Origin: Geosiphon pyriformis uo1
Lineage: Eukaryota > Fungi > Glomeromycota
Assembly (NCBI GenBank): GCA_016748015.1
Contig: JAAOMT010000301.1
Coordinates: forward strand, 124,001 to 188,000
Direction of reading: 5' to 3'
Length of the DNA stretch: 64,000 bases
In this document: piece by piece, positions 24,064 to 35,757 of the stretch
How positions within the stretch are numbered: the stretch's first letter is position 1
Layout of the letters: each line of letters opens with the position of its first letter
Translations under genes and position numbers: made by a program
The notes under the pieces: model-generated
Told to the model about the DNA's origin: nothing
Seen by the model: only the letters and a program-made list of their open reading frames with translations
Databases searched by the model: none

Positions 24064-26363
24064 AATAAAAAATAAAAAAACTCTTTGTTTCCTTAATTTT
24101 ATGATCATGATTAGAGCAAAGAGTAAAAAAGCTGTACTGGATATCTGTCCTAAGATATCTAATAAAATTTCAACCAAAGGAGTTCTCTCTGTTGTAGAAG
24201 CAACTAGGCAAAACGTTTTAGAAGTCTTCCCCCTACCCAGTAATCGTGATAAGCTGCCTTTGGTAGCCACTAAAGCAACTTTCTCATCTTTGGCTGGTTT
24301 CTCACCAGTCAAAGTCCCCTCAAAGAGACACACCTGGGTTAGTCCCAGTATTGCCTCCACCCCAACCAAGAGCCCAAAAGTTTTTAATAATAGACTAGTA
24401 AATAAGCTGGTCTTCCCCTCTATAGATTTAACACCTGGTGCTTTTAGCACCACCTCTTTAAAAAAAATGGTCAAAAAGACCCAAAAGTTCAGAAAAGTAA
24501 GGGCAGTTACTTGCTTCTGCTATTGTTATACCGAACTCCTTTGTGGTTTTCAATGAGATCTTAGATGAGATCTCTATAGCATCATTTGGCATATTGTTCA
24601 AGATGGGCCAAGATCAACTACTGGCTGTGTTGCCAAATATGGTGTCTTTCGGTAGATCATTGCCAGTTTTAGAAGCAAAACAATCTTCTTCTGTTGGGTC
24701 ACCTGTTCTTGGAAACTGGGCTAATCAAATGGAAACTGATTTATCTCCTCCTTTAGTTTCTGGTGCTACTTTTGGTGGTGCTTGAGAAACTATTACTAGT
24801 CGTCAAAGATTTGCTGGGTGGGTGGCCTTCACTCTGGTGCCTGGTGCTACTTTTAGGATCAAATTGGCTTATGTTAAGGCTGTTTTTCAGTCTGTGCATG
24901 GTTTCTTGGATACTAAATCTGTTTCAAAAGACAATGTGAAGCTTTTCTGTGTAAAGTTTGCTTCTCAACAATCTTTGGAAGCTGTATTTCTGGTTGAGCT
25001 TACAAGCTCTGTTCATTTGGCTACTCTCAAAATTGCCAAGTTTTTGGTGGTTTCTGAATCTGGTTCCTCTCCTGCTGCTGTTGCGCTGCATGATGTGCCT
25101 TTGGGTGTGTCTGTTGCTGATGTTAAGTTGGCTCTCAGTGTGTTTGGTAGTGTTGCTCGTGTTGTGCTGAAGCCTGCTGGCATTTGGCAGTACATAGTGG
25201 TTTATTTTGAAAAATTGGACTCTGCTGTGTTTGCCTTGAAGCATTGGTCAGTCTTGATGGACAAAGATAGTGTTAGAATCCTCCCTCTGGTGAATCAAAA
25301 TAAGACTATTTTGTCTTGTGATAAGTTTAAGGCCAAATTGGTCAACCTTTCTCCTGGTTGTACTGCCTTTGAAATCAGTGATATGATTTTTCAGATTGGT
25401 GGTCGAACATGTTTCATCCTTTGTTCTCCTAATTCTGGTTGTCATTCTCGGTTCGCTTTGGTTACATTTGACTCTCAAGGCGATTTGGATTCTGCTGTAG
25501 TCAAGACTGGTACTCTAAGGAAATGCCATATCTGGTAGAAAACTCCTGGCTGCCAGCGCTGCTTTAGGTGTCAAGAAATGGGCCATCTGGCCGTGAATTG
25601 CAAAATTTTCTCACCTTCTACTCTTAAGGTTCCCAAGGTTTTCAAGTCTCGTTTTGTGGGTTCTGCTTCATATGCCAAGACTGCTGCTTCTTCTGGTTTT
25701 TTTGAGTTTCCTTCTTTGGTGGCTCTTTTGGCTGCTTCTGTTGCTGATTTTGCTGTTGGTTTTAGATTGAACTCTTTGGAAAAGCAGATTTCGGATTTGG
25801 CTGCTCTGGTTAAATCTATTGTTGAGCCTGTTGGTTCTTTGGTTGCTTTGGTGTTTTATCTTCTTGATGATAATGCTGCTAAGGCTGTTTAGGTCGAGAA
25901 GGATCTCATTTCTATGAAGAGTACTGCTAACAATTTTTCTAATCTCTTGGTTGGGGTCTCTAAGGACATTGCTTGTCTTAGATCTGAGGTTGATTTTGGT
26001 GATATGGATTATGATGGTATACTGGCTGCTAAGTCTTTTCTTTTAAGTGAAGACACTATTAAGCATGTTATTGCTTTGTGGCGTATGTCTGATGCTGAAA
26101 CCAGAGGCAATATTGAGTCTACTAAATTGTTTCTTAGTGAGTTTATTTTTGACTCTAAGAATCTGAATAGTATTATTAAGAGAATTTGTGGGTTGGAATT
26201 ATTCCCACCTACTTTTGATTCAGTGTAGTAAGTCCTTGATTGGGCTGAGTGTCTGATTACATGTAGAAAATGCATGATTTATGCCTATAATATAATCTCT
26301 TATGTAGTATCATAGTTTTAGGTAGTATTTGGGTCTCGCTCATTAAAATATAATAAAAAAAAA
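24064..26363 (+). mobile_element. ORF1-only non-autonomous non-LTR retroelement (HAL1-like), copy A
   Basis: Perfect 10-bp TSD AATAAAAGTA (24054-63 / 26364-73); single ORF1-type reading frame; LINE-type 3' UTR and A tail; no APE or RT. Confidence 0.9.
24101..26228 (+). pseudogene. ORF1-like protein (~700 aa: low-complexity N-terminus, three RRM-like units, CCHC, helical C-terminus)
   Basis: Fragments 24101-24556, 24543-24785, 24822-25538, 25578-25892 and 25914-26228; CFRCQEMGHLAVNC knuckle; RRM-like blocks homologous to the LINE ORF1s. Confidence 0.85.
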
Positions 26364-29363
26364 AATAAAAGTATCTTAAATTTATTTTTGGTTTGGTTGA
26401 ATTCTTGTTTAATTTTAAAATTAGTTTTTATTTAATAAAAATATATTTGAATTTTGATAATACTCAAATTATACAATTAAAAAAAAGTTTTAATTAATAT
26501 TTATTCTATAGTTTTAATTAAAATTGCTCAAAAAATTTTGTTAATATTGTTATTAGATTGTATTTTAAAGTATATAATAGATTTGATATTTTTTATAATA
26601 ACAATTTTTTAGTTTTTAAAGATATTTTAACTTTTTTACCAATTTTTGTTGTTGATTTAATCATAAAAAATGCTATAAAAAAAGATTATAAGATATAATT
26701 AATTTTACAAAATATGTAAAAAATATATAATTTTGTTGAATAATCTTATTTAAAAAACAGCTTATAGAAAATAAAAATGTGTTTTAAATTTATTAAGTTC
26801 TTTGATAGTATTTATAATAATAAGTTAAATTATATTATAATTAATTTTAATTCAATTAATAATTACAAGATTTATGATAATTTGGATCAAAACAAAAATT
26901 TTTTATCTCTGCTATATTATATTTTTTATAACTTTTTTTTATGTAAGATAAAAAAACATAAACAATTTTTTGGTTATTAAATTGATTTTAAATGTGTTTT
27001 AAAAACAGATTAAACTATAAAATAATCTGGTTTTATATTATACTTAGCAGTTAATGCTTTTGTAAACAACATGATTTGAATTAAAAATAACTATATTATA
27101 ATATAATACATTCTTAATATAATTAATAAATTTTTTAAAATTAATAATATTTTTATTAATACTAACAAAATTATAGCCATATTAGTTAATAGACATATTA
27201 TTAATACTTTTTTGTTAATTAGTGAATATTTTATTATAATTGCCAAAAAAAAAACTGTATTATTATTTAAGCATTTTTTTGTTTATAGAAAAACTCTTTA
27301 AATTTGGTTTTTTTAAGATTTATACTAATATTAAGTTTTTTATCAATATAATTTTGAGGAAAATTATTTCTAATAAGCAATTCTTATATTTGGTTTTTAT
27401 TGTTTTTTAGTTTATAAATAATAATAAATTATAGTTTAGTTTTGTTTTTAAAAGTATATACAAAAAATAAGATATAATATTATATAAAAATTTAAGAAAT
27501 AAAGCAAATTTATTTGAAAACTTTTTAAATAAAACTTTATATTATCTATTTTTATATAGTTTTAAATTTTTTAAGCAAATTAAACTAAAAACAAAATTGT
27601 TTTATTGGTTTTTTTTCAAATACTTTAAGTGTTGTTGGTTGGCTTTTTTATTATAAATTTATAGATCTTTAAATTTTTGGTTAAGTTTTAATTAATCTTT
27701 TAATTTGTTTTATTAGATTATATATTGGTTTAATTAATAATTTTCTGACTAATATAATTAGAATTTTAATAGATTACAGTATTTTATTGATTAATTTTAT
27801 TTTTTTAGTATTTTTAAGCTTAGATAAAATTCTTATTTTAAATGTTTTGAATATAAAATTATATTTAAAAATTATTAGTTCTTTGAAAAAATAGAATATA
27901 TAGTTTTTAAAAAACAATTAATATTTTTAATTAAAAAACTTTTTATTAATAAAAAAAACTTGATCTTAAAAGTTTAATGTTTTATTAATTTGTTATTAAT
28001 ATTTGGTTTCTTTAAAACAAATTTGTTTATAAGACTAATTTATCTTTTTATTATAATATTGGTGTTTTAAGTATTTTTTTATTTTGTGGTTTACTGGTTT
28101 TTAAAACATTTTTAGCAAAAATGAAACTATTATTTTTACAGATAATTTATTAAAAAAATTGGATTTTTGTAAAATTGTCAATAGAACTGTTGTATTTTTT
28201 AATAATTTTAAATATTAGAGTATAAGTTTCTGAATTGATATTAATAATATATATTAAATTATAAACTATTTTATTAGTTTTATTATATGTTTATTTATTC
28301 AGTATAGTTAATATTTATTTAGATAATTAGATTGTATTTGATGTTTGTATCTTAAAATTAAGTTTGTTTAAGTTTAATGTTTACAATAAATATTGAATTA
28401 AAAGAAAATAAATTTATAATTTTATATATAATAAGAATATTTATATAAAATAATTTAAGATTAAAAATTATTTAGCTATAATAAGCAATATAATTACTAA
28501 TTAATTAGCTGGTATTGCTGTTTATTCCAAATTTTTTTTTTAGTTTTAATTAATAAAAGTTATTTTTAAGCAAATAATATAACAATTTTAAATAATATTT
28601 GTTATTTTGTTTAACAATTTTATTAGTTAATTAAGTATATTAGATAAAAGACTAGTTCTAATATTAAAATAGTTTTTTATAATATAATTTTAAATATTAA
28701 TTAATATTATATATCTATTATATAACATCTAAATTTGTATATAAGCTCAAATTTTATTAATAAAGTTATAATTAGTTTATATATGTATTTTATAAAAGTT
28801 GTATACAAATAATTTTTTGTTGCTGTTTAAAAATACTTATATAATAAACAATATTCTAAAATAATCTGTTTCTATTGTAAAAAAATAAAATTTTTAGATT
28901 ATATCTTTATATATAAGTTTAATATTAGTATTTAATTAGAATTTTTAAAAATATTAAACTGGTTTAATTATTTGTGATTATATTAATATATTATTTAATA
29001 AAAAATTATAAAATAGAATTTAGTTATATAGATTTAAGTATAAAATAATAATAATAAAAATGATTTAATAAATAATTTGTTTTTTGTTTCTTATAGTTTA
29101 TATAATTCAGTTGTAAATTTGTTAAATAATATTGTATATTTAATAGATATTAATAAAATATTAGCTATTGGTTTTAAATTATATAATCAATATATGTTTT
29201 TTTTGGTTTAAATAACTGTAATAGTATAATAATAAATATATAATATAGTTTTAACTGATTTAAATAACTAATTATATATATTAAAAACATAAATTATATT
29301 TAATTATAAACTTTTAATTTGTTTATATATATTAAATAGTAATTAGACTATATTTATTAAACC

Positions 29364-29399
<36 letters not shown>

Positions 29400-29400
29400 T
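29364..29400 (+). repeat. (TAA)n microsatellite serving as LINE 3' tail
   Basis: About 12 TAA units directly after the eroded LINE 3' UTR. Confidence 0.9.
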
Positions 29401-29436
29401 AATTTTATTAAAAACAGAAATAGTGCAATAAATCCA

Positions 29437-30100
29437 ATTTTTTTTTTATTATGCAATTAACGAATAAAGTCTAACTGCTATCTAGTACATAGAACCAAAC
29501 TAAGTGGAACAAACTAAATGCAATTCATGCTCTTACTATATGTGGCCAGCCATTCAGGCCAGATAAGGCTACACTACATGTCTATGTGAAAAAAACATCA
29601 CCATCCAAACCAGAAAAGAAATGACACAGCTTACATCTACCAAAGCTAACAGCAAAAGATTCAATAACACTAAGCAAACAAACTACCCCATCTGACAAAT
29701 TAAACACCAAACAATAAGACAGGTCTGAGATCACACCACCATTCTTGACCAATTCAGCCCTTTCTATATCTACTCTATGCTTGGATCTGACAAGTTACAT
29801 CTTAATATGAAACAAATTGACCACAAATCTAGCAAATTCAGCAACAGTCAATACAGCCTTTCTCTTCTTCTCAAAAGCCAAAGCAGTTTCAGCATACCAA
29901 TTTTTTAACACAAAACCCTTGTACACAGCAGTAAACAAACCCATGTTTAAAGAACATGCCAAAAGCAAACTTAAGACAGCTGATGTAGGTAAGCAGGAAG
30001 AACCCACCAAAAACTTCTACTTCTTAGAAGCATTAGCCAAAATGTTATTACAGAGTCCAGCATTACTAGAGCAAACAAAAATATAATTAAACACCTACTC
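29437..30100 (-). mobile_element. LINE 3' fragment (ORF2 C-terminus, 3' UTR, poly(A))
   Basis: Poly(T) from 29437; reverse complement TAGTGTAGCCTTATCTGGCCTGAATGGCTGGCCAC; ORF 29795-30010 YKGFVLKNWY. Confidence 0.9.
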
Positions 30101-30104
30101 CCAA

Positions 30105-32248
30105 GCTCAACAAAAAGAATGGCATGATAACAAATTGCTTCCAGTCACCAATGAATTTAAAATCGGAAACAAAGTTCTCTTATACAGAACTAAAGCTGAA
30201 AAACAATGGAGTGGAAAATTTGAAAATAAATGGGATGGACCATTTTTTATCCATGAAGTCCTAGACAACAGATCATACAAGCTAAGACTTGATGACAAAA
30301 TCCTAGCAAAAGTTGCACATAGAGATTGTTTGAAACATTATTATTCCAGAAACAATCCTGAACCATTAATTCCACAAATTAGTATACATTCCCCTTTAGT
30401 TAATCCTGAAGATATTCCCCGAAACTTAGAACCAATAGTTGTCATTGAACAACTTTCCAACCTGAACACTTAATTTAATTTTACTAGTTATTCTCTTATA
30501 ATTTAGAAACAATCAAAACAAAAATAACATAAAAACCCATACACCAAAAATAATTTTCTTTTATTTCAAATCTCTTATAATAACTATTCCTCAAAACATT
30601 CAACAATTATCCCAAAAACTAATGTTAGCTTTAAAAACAATACCCGAATTATCCATTACTGTTACTGGAAACCACATTAATTATACCCAAACAGAAGTAG
30701 TTACAAATTTAGCCCCAAATTCATGAAAATATCACCCATATAAAAAAAACACAAGAAGTTATTCTGGAATTCACCTGCCAGAACTTTTAAAGCTTGTTTT
30801 AAGAGAAAACCTAATACTCACTCCGATTAATATTCCACCAAATGTTACAATTCAACAAAAACTTCAACTGTGTCTCAATAAGGAAAACACTGAATATCCT
30901 CCAATCTATAGATATTTTCACATTGGAAAAACACTCTACGAATGAAAACTAGAACTTACAACAGCAAACATCACAAAAGAAGCTATTCAGAAACAACTTC
31001 ACAACGAATTCAAGACAACAGCTGGACCAACAAACAGTCACTACAAGCTCAGAGCTGCTCTTAGACTTTATGACCTATTTCACACCTGTGAAAAAGTTCT
31101 ACAAAACCCAATTTTATGACCTTTGAAGATTCAATACATTGGAAAGCTCACAAAACTGAAATTTCAACAATTTTCAGACCAAATTTCTTCAATAATTTTG
31201 GATTACTATCTGGAAATTACAGACAGTATTTGGATTTTGATGGAGCTCAGTCTTGAGGAGGAGGTTATATTACTAGACGAAATTAGAGATATTATTTAGC
31301 ATAAAATTATTTTATAAATCCTATCATTAATTAGCATATATTATCGTTTCAAATTATCACTTATTATATTAGCAAAATGTCTGAAATTATCATTTAAATT
31401 AATAACCCAATTTGTACACAACACAAATGTAACCTAATTGCGATGATCAATTATGCAATACCCCAAACTATGTAACATTCAAAAGTTTGCCAAAATTTGT
31501 AGAAATTTGCCAAAATAATTGATAGTTCACCAAAATATCTAATAGTTTGCAGAAATAACTTGTAGTTTGCGGAAATGTATCTTTAGTTCAGCGAAATTGT
31601 AGAAAATAGCAAAGTTTAAGTTCATAGAATAGTGTTATGACAAGTTGTATAAAAAAAGAGCATCTCTCTTCGAAAAAATGTATCTTACTTTAGATTTATC
31701 ACTTAAAACCATTCCTATGTACACAAAAAGAAATAAATATCAAATAATTTAAAAAACCAAATTCTTTAATTATTGCATTTAGAAAATCCCCAAAACCCAA
31801 TTAACGTTTTGAAATTGATTAGCTACCAATTTCAGTAAACTGTTAGTAATTTCAGGCTTGGATAGAAAAATGTTTCCCTTGATAAAATCCTATTTCTTTT
31901 ACATTTCTTTTATTTTTTTTTTATTTTCTTATTACAATCATTAGGGTAGTCTACAGATGAGATTCCTGTAGAAGAGTTGACTTTCACAGCAAAGTAACTA
32001 CACATTTTTAGTGAGCTTCCAGACAAGCAATTCCTGAGAAAAAGTTGACATTTACTACAACATAACTACATAAAGCAACTGGCACAGAATTGGCCATTCC
32101 ACTCATAAGTCCAGCAAGTTCAAATTATAGAAGATAATTTGAAGATAAATTCAGTTACTGGAGGTCCAACTACTTCCTGGAAACGTGAATTCACAGCAAA
32201 CAGGCATCAACAACATTCAAGAAAAGAGACCAAAAACCTCCAGTAACA
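30105..32248 (+). mobile_element. Gypsy element A, 3' part: integrase C-terminus, extra ORF3, PPT, LTR (31268-32248)
   Basis: FKIGNKVLLY..KWDGPF integrase tail; PPT GAGGAGGAGG at 31255-64; LTR termini T(G>A)TTAC...GTAACA; abuts the RNase H of element B. Confidence 0.8.
30580..31256 (+). pseudogene. Gypsy-associated ORF3 of unknown function (element A)
   Basis: Frame-1 translation with a few TGA stops: QQLSQKL..PPIYRYFHIGKTL..HYKLRAALRLYDLFHTC..IQYIGKLT..F; after a frameshift ends DFDGAQS*. Confidence 0.65.
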
Positions 32249-34015
32249 CCGGATAAAAGAGACATCCAGTAGCATATGCCAGCCAAAGTTTGAGTCCAGC
32301 TGAAAAGAACTATGGAACACCAGCATTAGAACACTTAGCAATCTATTGGGCAGTCATGAAATGGAAAGAATACTTAAGCCAGAAGTTCAACATATACACT
32401 GATCATAAAGGATTGACTTCAATCCAGAAGCAAAAATTTGGAGATGATTATTATGCTCAATAGAAAATAGAATTTTTACTATTTAAATATACTGTACACT
32501 ATAAAAAAGGAAAAAAAAAAGAAATGCTGATGATTTATTACAAATAAGACAAATCTAAGGACACTTTAAACCAAAAATATAACAAAAAATAAATAAACAA
32601 AAATATCAACAACTTCAACATTTTATAAATACCCAACAGTTCAAGGAGAAATTATCTTAAAAGAAACAAAACCATATCAAACAACAGTCCAAATATTTTA
32701 TTACTTACCAAAATATACTTTATTGAAAAAACAGAAAGAATTTAGATCAACCAACCAAAGTAATCATGGAACCAGAGAAAGAAACAATATTATTCAACAT
32801 GCATTTCAATCCAACAGCAGGACATTTTCACAAAGAAGCAACCATGGAAAAAACCAGAAAAAAATACTATTGGCCATCTATGTACTTAAACATTATCCAA
32901 TATGTGCAAAATTGTGATGCTTGTCAGAGAAAAGAAAGAACAAGACCTAGTGAGCCATTAAAACCAATCAAAGTAGGACAACCATTTGAGCAGATTGTAA
33001 TTAACTTAGTCAGACTATTAACAATAATTAGCAGAGGGAACAAATACATCACAGTAGCCATGGATTATCTCACTAAATGACCAAAAGCAAAAGCAATTCA
33101 AAAAATAGATGCAGAATCTGTTGCCGAATTTGTCTATCAAGATCTGATTTGTCAACATAGATGTTCAAAAGAATTATTATCTGACCAAGAAACTTACTTT
33201 GTGAATAGAACATTAATAGAACTGAGTCAAAGATTCGGAATGAAGAGACCATTATCATTGTCATATCACTCACAAACCAATGGATTAATTGAAAGATTCA
33301 ATAGAACATTGTGTAAAGTGATAGCAAAGATCAGCCAAGAAAACCAAGATGAATGAAACTTATTCATACCATTAGTACTATTTGCTTATCAGACAATTAA
33401 ACAAAATACTACACAAGCAACACCATTTAAATTAGTATACAATAAAACAGCAACACTACCAGTTGAGATAGAGGTCAATACATATTCAATGGAACCAATA
33501 ACAGAAGACAATTTCCAAGAAACATTGCTAAGAAGAACATATGATGTAATAGAAACGCTAAAAAACAAATGGTGAAAAGCAGCTGATAACATTTAAAAAT
33601 CACAAGAAAAACAAAAAAAAAAGCACGATAACTAACTACCAGATAAACCAGTCAAATTCAGAATTGGAGACAAAGTACTGTTACATCATACCAAAGCAAA
33701 AAAACAATGAAATGGAAAGTTTGATCCAAAATGGGATGTACCATTTCACATACACAAAATTTTAGGAAATGAATCTTACAAATTATGATTAGAAAACAGA
33801 ATTCTGAAAAGAACAGCACATGGAAATTGTTTAAAAATTTATCAAACACAAGGATTGACATCAGTAGAACCACAACTAGGAGCACAAATTCCATTAATCA
33901 GACCAGAAGATATACCACGAGATATGGAACCAATGATAATCATTAAAATATAGCTACACATGTGCTAAAATTCAGATATTATGTGCATATAAGCCTTAAG
34001 ACTACAAAGAAGGGA

Positions 34016-34804
34016 ATGATAGAAATTTCAAACATGGATCTTTTAGACAAAATTTTAAAATTATCTAAACAATTATTTAACAAAATTCAAAAATCTACAT
34101 CTCAAATAGAAATTATAATCAATAAAAAAGAGATAAGATATAGAGATAAGGGGAAGAGAGGAATGGGCAAGAGTTCAACTAAAACTAACTGTTCTCATCT
34201 TTACACTCTGTTTGGGAAAGAAATTTTACAAAAAAGAATTAAATATACTTCTCAGGTGAGATGTGGAGAAAAAAGAGGGGAGGAAAAAAAAGGAGTGAAA
34301 AAATTAGATAGAAGACAAAAACAATTATATACAACATACTTGGCCCTCGAGCTAAAGAAAATTAAAGAATTTTTAGTTCATGGAACCGAACTCCCTGAAA
34401 CAGAGGAGTAAACACCAGATAATGCCCAGGAGTGGAAAGAAAAACTTCCTTCAATATATTGGTTTTACAAAATCAGAGAACAACTAAACTTAGAAAACCC
34501 ATATGGAGACTACAACCAGAAAACTTTTAACAAAAAAGCAATGTAACAAGTAGAAGAATTAGTAGGAAGGAACAACCTAACACTACACTACAAAACAGCA
34601 TGTCAATTATATGTTGCTTTTCAACATTGTCCAAACATACTATTAGATAGATCTTTGAAAAAGATAACAGTTAACAACATAGAATGAATGACCAATCAAC
34701 AGTTCAAAGATTTACAAAAAGCCATAGTCAATATAACCATTGAATATTACACAAATAAAGTTCTATCAACAGACATAACTGATTTTACAGGAGCTCAATA
34801 TTAA
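34016..34804 (+). pseudogene. Gypsy-associated ORF3 of unknown function (element B), ~260 codons with 3 internal stops
   Basis: Same frame from ATG 34016 to TAA 34802-04: LKLSKQL..PSIYWFYKI..HYKTACQLYVAFQHC..DFTGAQY*; homologous to 30580-31256. Confidence 0.7.
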
Positions 34805-34819
34805 AAAAAGAGGAGATAA

Positions 34820-35757
34820 TGTTACTTGAAAAAAGAAAGCCTATCAAAGAAAGAAGGAAAAACATAATCTGAAGAAAAACATGACAAAACATGAAGAGAC
34901 ACAGAATAGTATGCAATAATGTTGGATAATACATTATAACATTGGATAATACATTATAATATAGGATAATGCGTTATAATATAGGATAATATGTTATAAC
35001 ACAGAATAATATAGAATAACATATAATAACATCAGATAATGTATTATAACATAGAATAATTAGTTATAACATAAAAAAAACGAAGTGATAGCTAGCAAGA
35101 ACAAATGATCCAAAGCAATTCTGTAAAACTAGAAAATACATATATATAGCAGTAGTATTAGAGGCAGAAGGAAGAAGAAAAAAGAAATTTCTTAGTTATT
35201 ATTCTCTAGTTAGAAACCATAGCATTCTAAAATATCAATAAATATACTTATTCAGTATTTCAAATCTAGTTGTTTGCTATCAATCCTAAATAGTGATAGT
35301 AATTGATACTTAAAACATATGGGAACAATAGCCCTTGATCACGGCTATTGATGAGATACTAATTTGTATTGCCTTGGCTTATTGTCTTTATTTTCTTTAT
35401 CTCTTTTATTTTTTTGTTTTTATTTTGTTAAGTATACTAATTGATTGAGAATTAAAGTGCTAAGTATTAATGTCAAGAATTGCCTGGTAAAAAACCCCTG
35501 CAAGTGGATAGAATGCATAAGAATTACGGATTGCTTATTAGAAGATTGTCGACCACTATGCTAAGAAAAAAATTGACAGAATTGCAATTTCAGGAAGCTA
35601 TAGAAAAAAATAACATAAGAATCTCTGTCTATTATACAAAAAACTCCAATCAAAACCTTCTGATCAAAACACCTTTAGACATTACTAACATCATTAATTA
35701 AGCACCAAGTTATGTGTTTGTTATTTGCTTTGAAACCTCAAATAATCACCTGTAACA
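34820..35757 (+). repeat. Long terminal repeat (938 bp) with internal ~20-bp tandem array
   Basis: TGTTAC...GTAACA termini just after the PPT; GGATAAT(A/G)xxTTATAAxAT units at ~34920-35060. Confidence 0.88.

Larger units (their letters stand above)
23480..29400 (+). mobile_element. Old, AT-eroded LINE ORF2 + 3' UTR + (TAA)n tail; host of the ORF1-only element
   Basis: INLAINKYIKNFINNKNHIIYSIL (23666) aligns with IKQAIGKRMESFELNKGHTIRSVL; RT continues at 26374; eroded 3' UTR at ~29240; (TAA)n at ~29364-29400. Confidence 0.85.
32249..35757 (+). mobile_element. Gypsy element B, 3' half: RNase H, integrase, ORF3, PPT, 3' LTR
   Basis: HPVAYAS..AEKNY..LEHLAIYWAV..YTDHK (RNase H); HFNPTAGH..CDAC (HHCC); integrase core incl. 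TNGLIERFNRTL; purine-rich PPT at ~34803-34817. Confidence 0.92.

Noticed and set aside
32155-32180. Primer-binding site (TGGAGGTCC) marking a shared LTR of a tandem element
   Set aside because: The LTR more plausibly ends at GTAACA 32248 and is followed directly by RNase H of another family, which indicates nesting.
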